From: Methanomassiliicoccaceae archaeon
Lineage (GTDB): Archaea > Thermoplasmatota > Thermoplasmata > Methanomassiliicoccales > Methanomassiliicoccaceae
Reading direction: 5' to 3'
NCBI GenBank assembly: GCA_040776945.1
Contig: JAXGZN010000001.1
Span: 512,001 to 576,000, forward strand
DNA: 64,000 bases
The position numbers were made by a program, and so were the translations under genes. This document shows, one piece after another, positions 55,443 to 64,000 of this stretch; position 1 is the first letter of the stretch, and each line of letters opens with the position of its first letter. Under the pieces are notes generated by a model, which worked only from the letters and a program-made list of their open reading frames with translations, was not told where the DNA came from and did not search any database.

Positions 55443-57212
55443 TCATGGGGCGACCACGGAGATTGCGTCGTATCCATATCTATCGTGCCTCCCTCCGCTG
55501 TATGTCAGTGAGCCGAGATCCTCCAGCGCGGCAAGGGAGCTGGCCCGGATGGTGGTGTCAGAGATGGTGTACAGCACGTCGCCGATGAACAGCGAACGGT
55601 CCACGGTGGCGTTCTCATGCACGATCCTGCCCACCTCGCGTATATCGCTGCCCAGTTGGAGTACCAGGGCTGCCGAGGACGGGAGATAGTAGCCCATGGT
55701 GTCGTTCCAGTAGCCAGCGCTGTAATAGGTCACGGGTATCACCAGCATGTTCCTGTCATGGATATACAGCACTGCCCTGTGGTCGTATTGGGCGGGGGAG
55801 TATGAGAACCCCTCGACCACGAAGGTGTCGATCTGCCTCATGTTCTCGGGGTCGTTCACGTCGAACAAAGATACCTTGACCGAGCCGTTCTCGAACCCTA
55901 TGCCCATAAGGCCGCCCTCCACCATCTGAAGGTAGTTGGAGGCCCCCGGGACCTTCAGCTCACCCAGCACCCTGGGCGTGTCCGATGAGAGGTCTACTAT
56001 GAACAGCGGGTCGATCTGCAGGAAGGTCACAAGGTACAGGCGGTCGCCCATGAACCGGCAGGAGTATATGCTCTCGCCCGGAGCTATCCCGGTCGCCGCG
56101 CCGACCTCTTTGAGCTTCAGGTCCAGGACATGGACCTCATTGGAGGCGTCCGACCACCATCCCGCGGTCGTGGCGATGCGCAGCCGGCCGTCCTTCTCAT
56201 CGAGGGCGAACTGGTTCAGCGGACGTCCCCTAACCGAGCCTTGTGCCTCCAGGGACATCTCGGTCCCCTCAACGGAAATCCGGTATATGGAGGTCGTGAG
56301 CTTCGAGCTCGCCCTGGTTGTAGCGCCGTCCCAGAGCTGCATCGTCAGATATAGGGCGGTCGGGGACATGTACGCCACCGAGGTGGAGCCTACCAGCGCC
56401 GTCAATGTTCCGGTCTTGCCGGAGGAGGTGTTGAAGGCCAGAAGGTTGACGAAGGATGAGACTTCGGACATCGCCGGGTCGTAGCTTATCTCGGTGGCCT
56501 TTACGGTCTCTCTGGTCCCGCCTGACGTTAGTTCCGGCAGCCTCAGCTCATTGTCGAACGAGGACCAAATGCTGTGCTCGGTTATGAGATAGATGGTGGG
56601 GCCGATCATCCTAGACGTGACCTGATATCCGCTCATGCCTGCCGTGCGGACGAGCCTTGGGGCGGCTGGGTCGCTGACATCGTAGACGCGCACGAAGGTT
56701 TGCTCCACAGCAAGGTATGGAAGGGGCGATATCGCAGGGACTTCTAGCGCATCGATCGCCGGCCCGTACTCAGAGCATACTGCCGTTAGGAGCCCTCTGT
56801 GAAGGTACAGCCCCTCCACCTGTGCGCTGCCATTGTCGCTGATAACTATCTCCGACACTTTGGCCATCGGCGGACCTGCCCTGATCACATGGACCGCTCC
56901 CGCGTCGCCGATGTAGATGTGTTCCCCATCGGTCTTTACCCGGTCGCTCTCGTCCACGCCCACCACCTGTACATTGGTGCTCGAATGGGGTGCGCCATCG
57001 GAAGCGGACGAGCCCTCGGCCAAGTCGGAGCTGACAGGCCCCTTTACCTGCGAGCGGCCGGAGTGGCCGATCAAGAATGCTCGTAGCTCGGGGTCCGAGT
57101 TGAACTTGACCAACCTGCTTGCCTCCTCATGCTCGCTCATAGCCATAGTGGCCAGGGAGCCGAGCATGACCCCAACGACAAGTAGGACCCAAAGGGCAGG
57201 AAGCGATCTCAT
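55443..57212 (-). CDS. Secreted beta-propeller domain protein (Beta_propel family)
   Basis: N-terminal signal/TM, STNVQV.GVDESD.VKTDG, LNQF.LDE..G.LRIATT, GE.IY..RF.G...Y.VTF.QIDPLF, ELKVPG.S.YL. Confidence 0.9.
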   Translation of the reverse strand: MRSLPALWVLLVVGVMLGSLATMAMSEHEEASRLVKFNSDPELRAFLIGHSGRSQVKGPVSSDLAEGSSASDGAPHSSTNVQVVGVDESDRVKTDGEHIYIGDAGAVHVIRAGPPMAKVSEIVISDNGSAQVEGLYLHRGLLTAVCSEYGPAIDALEVPAISPLPYLAVEQTFVRVYDVSDPAAPRLVRTAGMSGYQVTSRMIGPTIYLITEHSIWSSFDNELRLPELTSGGTRETVKATEISYDPAMSEVSSFVNLLAFNTSSGKTGTLTALVGSTSVAYMSPTALYLTMQLWDGATTRASSKLTTSIYRISVEGTEMSLEAQGSVRGRPLNQFALDEKDGRLRIATTAGWWSDASNEVHVLDLKLKEVGAATGIAPGESIYSCRFMGDRLYLVTFLQIDPLFIVDLSSDTPRVLGELKVPGASNYLQMVEGGLMGIGFENGSVKVSLFDVNDPENMRQIDTFVVEGFSYSPAQYDHRAVLYIHDRNMLVIPVTYYSAGYWNDTMGYYLPSSAALVLQLGSDIREVGRIVHENATVDRSLFIGDVLYTISDTTIRASSLAALEDLGSLTYSGGRHDRYGYDAISVVAP

Positions 57213-57315
57213 CGCAACCTAAGCTGCGGCCGGCCTCTTATACCCGCCCTTGCCGTTGACCGGCCGGTCAACGCCGCCCTCTTTTCCATCTGCCAGTTTT
57301 CGAGACCTTGCTGCC

Positions 57316-57930
57316 CTAACTGCGGCCAGCGGGCCTGCGGCTGACCCCGGGATGCCCCTCCACGAGGAACCGCCAGGGCCAATTGGCGGCCTCCCCCGCG
57401 TATCCGATGCCCACTCTGGGCGCTGCCACGATCTTTCCCGGCGGTCCTCCGCCTTTTAGATATAGTGTATCGCCGCAGGCATCAGAACCGTTCAGCCCGC
57501 GACCGACGGCGAATGCGATGCACAGCTTGCCCGGCCCGTTGCATAGCCTGTGCATGGTCTGTTCGCCGGCCACAGTTCCTCTCCTTCGGGCCATCAGTTC
57601 CAGTCCGGACGTCGGCAGCACTGCACGGAGGAGCACGGCCTGGGGGTCGCCCTCTTCGCCGCAAACGATGTTGAGGCAGTGGTATAATCCGTAGATCATA
57701 TAGACGTAAGCGTGGCCGGGCGCTCCCCACATCGGCTCATTGCGCGGCGTCCTCCGGCCGCCATAGGTATGGGAAGCGGGATCGTCGATGCCGGTGTAGG
57801 CCTCGGCCTCGATGATGGTCCCGGATGCCTTGCCTTCCTCGGAGACCCTCACCAGTTCCTTGCCCATGATGTCCTTGGCCACTTCCAGAGCGGACCGGCG
57901 GAAGAAATCCCTCTCCAGTTTGCCGTCCAT
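57316..57930 (-). CDS. mpg: 3-methyladenine DNA glycosylase (MPG/AAG family)
   Basis: EAEAY.G..DPASH, AYVY.IYG...CLN, VLLRA, GPGKLC, RVGI, WRF. Start ATG 57930. Confidence 0.93.
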   Translation of the reverse strand: MDGKLERDFFRRSALEVAKDIMGKELVRVSEEGKASGTIIEAEAYTGIDDPASHTYGGRRTPRNEPMWGAPGHAYVYMIYGLYHCLNIVCGEEGDPQAVLLRAVLPTSGLELMARRRGTVAGEQTMHRLCNGPGKLCIAFAVGRGLNGSDACGDTLYLKGGGPPGKIVAAPRVGIGYAGEAANWPWRFLVEGHPGVSRRPAGRS

Positions 57931-58112
57931 CGCTTCCACATATACTTGATCGGTCTTAACAGCGCATGCCATGGACCGGCCCTTACAAAAAAGATCGGAA
58001 GGAGATATCCAGCCTGAAAGCTTTATATCCTGATGAAGGCACATGGCTCCCTCAGGATGGGAGATGCTGTCATCATGATGTGGATCGTCTCACGGCCACT
58101 GAGGGTGGTCCT

Positions 58113-58712
58113 CTGATCGAGATCGCTCTGATCACTTTTCTATATGCCTTTCTGGGAGGTTCCATCAAGTACATTGACCAGGCGTATGATGAGAAGGTGT
58201 TCTCCATTCGGTCCGCGAACGTCGTCGCGATAATGGCCGGCCTCATCATGGGCTATCTGATGGCCCGGGACAGCCCTTTCTCCACGGCGTTCTACTCCGC
58301 CATGCTCCTCTCTCTCGTTCTGGCGAGGAAGATTGACAATCGCGCATTCGGCCTGGGGACCGTGCTTGCCGTCGCCTCCCTGCTGGCGTTCTATCCCAGC
58401 AGCGAGGTGCAGTGGACGCTTTGGCCGATCGTGGCCTTCCTTGTCGCGGGGTTCGTGGACGAGATCGCTGACAGCATGGTCGACAGGTGCCGCCTCCAGG
58501 GCATCCTTCAGGCCTTTCTGAACTACCGTCCATTTAGTGACATTGCCCTGTTCGTGATGGTGATGACCGGGACCTTCGCCTGGATCTATCTTGTCCCATA
58601 TTTCGCCTTCACCCTCTCCTACATGCTTGTAGAGAGGTTCTCAGAGAGGGAGCTCTCGATATCCGAGAGCGTGGATAGGATAAGGCAACGGGTGCTACGC
58701 CGGGCCAACTAG
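58113..58712 (+). CDS. Archaeal multi-pass membrane hypothetical protein
   Basis: GG.IKYIDQAYDE, KIDN.AF, DE..D, RPF motifs. Probable CTG start at 58113 after GAGGGTGGT. Confidence 0.7.
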   Translation: MIEIALITFLYAFLGGSIKYIDQAYDEKVFSIRSANVVAIMAGLIMGYLMARDSPFSTAFYSAMLLSLVLARKIDNRAFGLGTVLAVASLLAFYPSSEVQWTLWPIVAFLVAGFVDEIADSMVDRCRLQGILQAFLNYRPFSDIALFVMVMTGTFAWIYLVPYFAFTLSYMLVERFSERELSISESVDRIRQRVLRRAN

Positions 58713-58757
58713 GCGGAGGGCGGGAACGTTTATTACAGGGCCGGGGATTCCCTGTCG

Positions 58758-59072
58758 ATGTCTTTCTCAAAGTCCGCCAAGCCTTCCCTGGACCTTAAGG
58801 TCATCTATAGAAAGTGGAGGCTTCTCTCCCTGGGCCTGGACCTCGCTGGGCTGGTTGCGTTCTTCTTCGCGTTGGGGATAGGGGGCCTGACCGTCCCGCT
58901 CATGATCGTCTCTGTGATCCTCCTATGGGCAGGGGTTGCGGCCTCCCGGAAATATTTAATAGTTGAGAGGGGGAGGCCCTTTGAGATCGCGGCGAAGATG
59001 TCCTACTTCATCAGCCTGGTCATCGCCCTGGTGCTTTCAGTGCTTGCCGTGATCACCGTATTGAACAACTGA
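58758..59072 (+). CDS. Small three-TM membrane protein
   Basis: TTTATT box about 25-30 nt upstream; hydrophobic helices. Confidence 0.7.
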   Translation: MSFSKSAKPSLDLKVIYRKWRLLSLGLDLAGLVAFFFALGIGGLTVPLMIVSVILLWAGVAASRKYLIVERGRPFEIAAKMSYFISLVIALVLSVLAVITVLNN

Positions 59073-59327
59073 AAAGGATCGCTTCTCTCCGTCCCAGCAG
59101 GCCTGGCAGACGTTCCCAGCACGGACTAGAAGATACAGGGCGAGCATGGCGACGACCGCCCCCATGATCATCGCTGCGCCCCTGGCCACAGAGGCGAGGC
59201 CCATCAGTGTGAGGGCCAGAAGCATAATGATCGCCGTTATCATGCCTAGGGCAAGGATCGGCAGGAACACAAGGGATCGGCCAGGCATCATCTCCCCGCA
59301 GGTCCGGCATCTCAGGGACAACGCCAT
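59037..59327 (-). CDS. Small membrane protein, CxxC-TM-TM-CxxC
   Basis: RCRTCG, two TM helices, VCQACW. Start ATG 59327. Confidence 0.6.
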   Translation of the reverse strand: MALSLRCRTCGEMMPGRSLVFLPILALGMITAIIMLLALTLMGLASVARGAAMIMGAVVAMLALYLLVRAGNVCQACWDGEKRSFSVVQYGDHGKH

Positions 59328-59461
59328 GGGATTGAAACATGTCGGCATAGGGAGATAACGTCCATCAAGGCCTGGACGTTCATTTGGTCCCAACATCGCC
59401 CGCGTCCCGAGGGCTGAGCGCCTCCGGGGATATTGATTATCCGGAACTCCAATAACTGTCC

Positions 59462-60934
59462 GTGCGAGCCAAGGGAAGCGGCGGGCCTCCGAGGAACGAT
59501 GGCTCCGGGAAGTTGAGCGCCTTCGACGTTACCAACCTGGTGGTGGGATCGATCATCGGCGCGGACATCTACGTGGCGACGGCCATAAGTTCACGCCTGG
59601 TCGGCCCCGCGGCCTTGATCATATGGATCGCGGCCGGGGTGATGGCGCTGGTGATCGCCTTCTCGTTCGCCTACTGCGTGATGGCCCTGCCCAAGGTCGG
59701 AGGTCCTTACGCCTTCGTCACCGCGGTGTCCTCCCCGTTCCCGGGGTTCATGATCGGTTGGGCGCTCTTGCTGGCCGAATGGTTCTCGCTTTCCGTCTTT
59801 CCTGTGGCCTTCGCGCAGTACTTCACCGCGCTGGTGCCCGGCATAGATGCTCTGGGCCAGGCAGCGCTCAAGGGCGTTTTCATCATCATTATCATCGCTA
59901 CCAACGTCGTCGGGGTGAAAGCGGCGGGGAGGGCCAACGACGCTCTTACCCTGATCAAGCTGAGCCCCCTTTTGCTCATCATCCTCGGAGGCTTTGTTCT
60001 CATTGCCGGCGAACCGTCCGCGGCGGGCTCGAACCTCGAGCCGTTCCTCACCGGCGGGACCGAGCAGATAGGGCAGGCCCTCGTGCTGATCTTCTGGGCA
60101 TACGCCGGGTTCGAGCTCAGCACCCTTCCCGCCGACGAGGTGCGTGAGCCGACGCGCACCATACCCAAGGCGATCGCGGCAGGGATGTCCATCGTGATCG
60201 CGTTCTACTTCCTGACCAACATGGCAGTGGTGGCGTCAGTGAGCAACGAGGTCCTGATGGCCTCCACCTCGCCTCTCCTGGACGCTACAAGGTCGATGTT
60301 TGCTGTGGCCGGCGGGGCCGCAGGAGCGCTCGTGATGTTCGTCGGAGCTGGTGCCCTGCTCTCGATCATGGGCTCGGACGAGTCGGGGACCCTGGGGACG
60401 TCGAGGCTGGCGTACGCAATGTCCCTGGACGGATTGCTGCCCCATCAACTGGCGCGTGAGCATTCGCGGTTCCGAACTCCTTACCTGGCCATTCTGGCTC
60501 TGAGCCTGACGGCGTTCGTGGCGTCACTGTTCGGGAGCCTTACCGCCCTCATCAACGCGGCAGTGTTCCTCCTGTCCCTTGTTTACCTGGCCACCTGCCT
60601 CTCGGCCATCCTCCTTCTGAGGAAGGACCCCGAGCTGGCCAAGAGGCTTAGGGGGAGATGGACCGTTCCCCTGGCAGGCATAGGGTTCTCCGCTCTCCTC
60701 CTGGCGCTGATCGATCCAGGCATATGGGTGGTGGGGACGGCGCTGCTCGCCGTGGGAGCGCCGGTGTACGCGTACTTCTCTCCCCGCAAGCCCCTCAAGG
60801 AGCGGCGGGAGGAGTTCTATTCGCCTGAAAGCACGAGGGCCGCGATTCGCCGGCAAAGGCGGAGGTTCCTCGCCCTTCCCGTCCACATGGTGCAGCACCT
60901 GTACCGAAGGCTCAAGGCCCATCGGAGGGCGTAG
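59462..60934 (+). CDS. APC family amino acid permease
   Basis: GSIIGADIY, GGPY.F, FWAYAGFE, SRL.YAMS.DG.LP; about 12 TM helices. Confidence 0.92.
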   Translation: MRAKGSGGPPRNDGSGKLSAFDVTNLVVGSIIGADIYVATAISSRLVGPAALIIWIAAGVMALVIAFSFAYCVMALPKVGGPYAFVTAVSSPFPGFMIGWALLLAEWFSLSVFPVAFAQYFTALVPGIDALGQAALKGVFIIIIIATNVVGVKAAGRANDALTLIKLSPLLLIILGGFVLIAGEPSAAGSNLEPFLTGGTEQIGQALVLIFWAYAGFELSTLPADEVREPTRTIPKAIAAGMSIVIAFYFLTNMAVVASVSNEVLMASTSPLLDATRSMFAVAGGAAGALVMFVGAGALLSIMGSDESGTLGTSRLAYAMSLDGLLPHQLAREHSRFRTPYLAILALSLTAFVASLFGSLTALINAAVFLLSLVYLATCLSAILLLRKDPELAKRLRGRWTVPLAGIGFSALLLALIDPGIWVVGTALLAVGAPVYAYFSPRKPLKERREEFYSPESTRAAIRRQRRRFLALPVHMVQHLYRRLKAHRRA

Positions 60935-60988
60935 AGGCCTTCTCACCCTAGGATATGATTAGAAGGGGTTCGACCATCCTCTAATCGG

Positions 60989-61774
60989 ATGCCCGAACTG
61001 CCCGAGGTGGAGACCTTCAAGCGGTACATCGAGAACGGCTCGCTCCGCCGGCCTATCGTCAGGACGGAGGTCAGGAGCCTGATCGTGCTGGCCATGGGGG
61101 TGGAAGAGCTTGAGCAAAGGACGCGAGGCGCGATGTTCCTGTCCGTCCGCCGCCATGGCAAGCAGTTGTTCCTGGAGCTAAGCTCCGGAGGATGGATCAC
61201 CTGGCACTTCGGGATGACCGGCGAGCCGGTGCTGTTCACGGACCAAGGGCCGCGGTTCCCCCGGGTTCTGTTCCACTTCGAGGACGCCACCCTCGCGCAC
61301 GACGACCCCCGCATGCTCGGCCGCATAGGGTGGGCGCCCTCGGTGGAAGAGTTCGTCCGGCGCAAGAGGCTGGGGCCGGACGCGCTCTCCATCTCCAGAG
61401 CGGATTTCGCGGACAGGTTCTCCAGGGCCCGGGGGGCGGTGAAGCCGGCGCTAATGGACCAGCACCGGATGGCGGGTATCGGGAACATCTATGCGGACGA
61501 GGTGCTGTTCCAGAGCAGGATCGATCCTCGGACCGAGACAAGCTCACTGTCCGGGAAGGACCTGGAGAGGATGCACCGGAACATGCGCAGGATACTGAAA
61601 CTGGCCATCGAGAGGGGCGCTGACTTCACCCGCTTCCCGGGCACTTACATCCTCCATCACCGGCGCAAGGGCGCCGACTGCCCTGGCTGCGGCGGGACGG
61701 TGGACACGCTGATTCTGGGCGGGAGAACGGCATATTTCTGCCCGGCGTGCCAGCACCGGGATGGAGGCGCGTGA
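60989..61774 (+). CDS. mutM: Formamidopyrimidine-DNA glycosylase (Fpg/Nei family)
   Basis: MPELPEVE, RHGK, HFGMTG, LMDQ...AGIGNIYADE, C..CG...GR..YFCP.CQ. Confidence 0.93.
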   Translation: MPELPEVETFKRYIENGSLRRPIVRTEVRSLIVLAMGVEELEQRTRGAMFLSVRRHGKQLFLELSSGGWITWHFGMTGEPVLFTDQGPRFPRVLFHFEDATLAHDDPRMLGRIGWAPSVEEFVRRKRLGPDALSISRADFADRFSRARGAVKPALMDQHRMAGIGNIYADEVLFQSRIDPRTETSSLSGKDLERMHRNMRRILKLAIERGADFTRFPGTYILHHRRKGADCPGCGGTVDTLILGGRTAYFCPACQHRDGGA

Positions 61775-61778
61775 GGGC

Positions 61779-62471
61779 ATGAGGGTCGAGGTCCTGGGCA
61801 CCAGAGGGCACATCGAGGCCAGCGCGCCCCGGCACATGCTCCATTCCGGGGTGCTGATGGACGACGTGCTCTTCGATCTCGGCGAGCGGCAGTACCTCGA
61901 CCGCTCGCCCAGCGCGGTGTTCATCACCCACTTTCACGAGGACCATGCGTTCTTCGTCAACGACGACGGGGCGGAGATCGGCGTGCCGATGTATGCGCCG
62001 GAGCGGCTGGCGGGAAGGGAGATGAAGGTCATCAGGAGCACGGTGGAAGTGGATGGCATGACGGTGACGCCGGTGCCCACGCGCCACAGCGAGAACGTGC
62101 GGTCCTGCGGATACCTGGTGGAGAAGGACCTTCAGCGGGTGCTGTACACCGGCGACCTGTTCGCCATCCCCGAGCGCTTCCGGGACCGCCTGGCCGACCT
62201 TGACCTGGCCATCATCGAGGGCAGCTTCATCCGGCGCGGGGGGTTGGTCCGCAGGGACCCCAGGACCGGAAGGCCCCACGGCCACACCGGCATACCGGAC
62301 CTGGTGGACCTCTTCGCCCCCATCGCCACAAGGATCGTCGTCACCCACTTCGGCAGCTGGTTCTTCAAGGACATGGATGGCGCGAGGAAGCGCATCGAGT
62401 CCCTGGGACCGGAGGGCAAGGTCATCGTCGCCGAGGATGGGATGGTGATAGACCTGGACGCCGGTCTCTGA
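61779..62471 (+). CDS. MBL-fold metallo-hydrolase
   Basis: VLGTRG, THFHEDH, HS, YTGD, GH, VVTH. Start ATG 61761 or 61779. Confidence 0.87.
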   Translation: MRVEVLGTRGHIEASAPRHMLHSGVLMDDVLFDLGERQYLDRSPSAVFITHFHEDHAFFVNDDGAEIGVPMYAPERLAGREMKVIRSTVEVDGMTVTPVPTRHSENVRSCGYLVEKDLQRVLYTGDLFAIPERFRDRLADLDLAIIEGSFIRRGGLVRRDPRTGRPHGHTGIPDLVDLFAPIATRIVVTHFGSWFFKDMDGARKRIESLGPEGKVIVAEDGMVIDLDAGL

Positions 62472-62527
62472 CCCTTGCCTTAAAGGCCAAAATATCAATA
62501 CATCTGGGTTCGACTACGAGACGACAG

Positions 62528-63400
62528 ATGACGGGGCTCGAGGGCGTCTACCGCGAGCGCATCACCGCCGAGCGCATCGCCGAGGAGGGACCGACAGCGG
62601 TGGACATGCACTTCCACACCAACCATTCGGACTCGCTCACCACCGTGGCCGCGACCCTGAGGCGGGCAAAGAGGCTTGGGATAGGGGTCGCCATCACCGA
62701 CCACAACGCCATCTCCGGCTCCGAGGAGGCGCTAAGGGCGGGCAGCGGCGTGCTGGTGGTCCCGGGCATCGAGGTGTCCGCCGCGGACGGCCCTCACATC
62801 CTGCTGTACTTCTACGACATCGGTAGCCTGCGCGATTATTACGAGAGGCACGTCCGGCCGTTCAAGGGCGCCAGCCCTTACCTTGCTATAGGGCTGGACA
62901 CCTCTGAGATCGTCCGCCGGTCCGCAGGATACAGCTGCGTCAGGGTGGCCGCCCATCCCTACGGCTACCTTCTGTTCAACAAGGGACTGCAGAAGTGCAT
63001 CGAAGCGAGATATCTGGAGCAGTCGATACTGGAGCGGTTCGACGCCGTGGAGGTCATGTGCGGGGGCATGACCAGGAAGCTCAACGATCGGGCCGCGGAC
63101 CTGGCCGAGCGGTTCCTCAAGGGCCGCACGGGAGGCACTGACGGGCACTTGCTGCACGACCTCGGGAACGTGGTGACGGTCGGGCCGTCTGACGACGTGG
63201 AGGGTTACCTGAGCGACGTGGTGGAGCGGCGGACCAAGGTGGTGGGCAAGGAGAAGACCAACGTGCAGAAGACGGTAATGGGCTCGGTGGTGATGACCAA
63301 GTACGTCCGGTACACGCTGCCATCGCTGAGGGTCCACTACGAGCAGAACGCTCCCCGGGCGCGGCGGTTCCTGCGGGAGCTGCGCTCCAAGAGGCGCTAG
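62528..63400 (+). CDS. PHP domain protein
   Basis: DMHFHTNHSD, AITDHN, GIEVS, AHP, GGTDGH. Confidence 0.88.
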   Translation: MTGLEGVYRERITAERIAEEGPTAVDMHFHTNHSDSLTTVAATLRRAKRLGIGVAITDHNAISGSEEALRAGSGVLVVPGIEVSAADGPHILLYFYDIGSLRDYYERHVRPFKGASPYLAIGLDTSEIVRRSAGYSCVRVAAHPYGYLLFNKGLQKCIEARYLEQSILERFDAVEVMCGGMTRKLNDRAADLAERFLKGRTGGTDGHLLHDLGNVVTVGPSDDVEGYLSDVVERRTKVVGKEKTNVQKTVMGSVVMTKYVRYTLPSLRVHYEQNAPRARRFLRELRSKRR

Positions 63401-64000
63401 AACACCCACGAGAACATGCGGGCGAAGGAGCACTTGGCCCTTAGCCGCAACGAGCGCGACAGGTGGTCCTGGAGCGTCCATTCCCGGCAGACGGTGAGGT
63501 CCTGGAGGAACGCCTCCTCCTGTCTCGCCGCCACCTTCTGGCAGTAGATGATGGCATTGGTCTCGAAGTTCAGGGCAAAGCTCCGGATGTCCCAGTTCGC
63601 GCTGCCGATGGAAGCGACCTCGCCGTCCACCACGATGGTCTTGGCGTGCAGGAAGCCGTCCTCGAACAGGAAGGCCCGCACCCCCGACGGCAGCAGGTCG
63701 CCTAGATAATCGAGCCCCGCCCAGTGGACTAGCGGGTGATCGGGCAGCGCGGGCATCATGACCCTCACGTCCACGCCGGACAGGGCGGCCACCCGGAGGG
63801 CGTCCATCACGCTCTCATCGGGCACGAAGTACGGCGACTGGATGAACACGCTCCGCCGCGCCGTGCCGATCATCTTCAGGTACGCCTCCTTGACCCTGCT
63901 CTCCCGGCGGTCCGGCCCTCCGGACACTATCTGCATCGCTCCATCGCCGGGGCGTCCCGCGGGAGGGAAGTGCCGAGGCTCGATCTCCAGCGGCCTCTCC
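63397..64000 (-). CDS. cls: Cardiolipin synthase (PLD superfamily), 3' part
   Basis: QIVSGGPD, IQSPYFVPD, LHAKTIVVD (HKD), GSANWD.RSF.LNFE. 5' end lies outside the window. Confidence 0.9.
   Translation of the reverse strand, partial: ERPLEIEPRHFPPAGRPGDGAMQIVSGGPDRRESRVKEAYLKMIGTARRSVFIQSPYFVPDESVMDALRVAALSGVDVRVMMPALPDHPLVHWAGLDYLGDLLPSGVRAFLFEDGFLHAKTIVVDGEVASIGSANWDIRSFALNFETNAIIYCQKVAARQEEAFLQDLTVCREWTLQDHLSRSLRLRAKCSFARMFSWVF

Noticed and set aside
1-64000. CRISPR arrays, tRNA/rRNA genes, IS elements or integrases
   Set aside because: No regularly spaced repeats, cloverleafs, rRNA signatures or transposase/integrase motifs seen; a short RNA gene could have been missed by eye.

Overview
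About 64 kb of GC-rich archaeal chromosome, most consistent with Thermoplasmata, probably Methanomassiliicoccales. This is inferred from CarS, PurP, RpoK-uS2-MEMO1, an RPA1/RPA2 pair, a DUF6015-like protein, and TATA-box promoters with many leaderless genes. The window is mostly core genome: an smc-scpA-scpB operon; a surface-glycan cluster (WbpA/B/E/D-like enzymes, three glycosyltransferases, a PIG-L deacetylase, ATP-grasp and PHP proteins); carS-pyrE-udg; XPD; an aminotransferase-serA operon; transporters; ltaE, pdxS, purP, nep1, RPA, rpoK-rps2, LeuCD/HacAB and acs; and DNA-repair and accessory genes at the right end. I saw no rRNA, tRNA, CRISPR array or transposase. Reading the sequence directly recovered genes missing from the ORF track: scpB (partial), Trm112, rpoK, a 38-aa symporter accessory protein and a decayed tandem paralog. 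The strongest novelty candidate is an attenuator-like leader upstream of the serine operon: a Ser/Gly/Cys-rich uORF stops inside a hairpin followed by U5, and a GACGCC-N4-GGCGTC palindrome is shared with the threonine aldolase leader. Other candidates are a deacetylase/ATP-grasp glycan-tailoring cassette, a membrane-anchored wHTH regulator paired with a secreted beta-propeller protein, a TFE-like protein next to XPD, and an Fpg-MBL-PHP repair module. Family assignments come from motif recognition by eye, not database searches.
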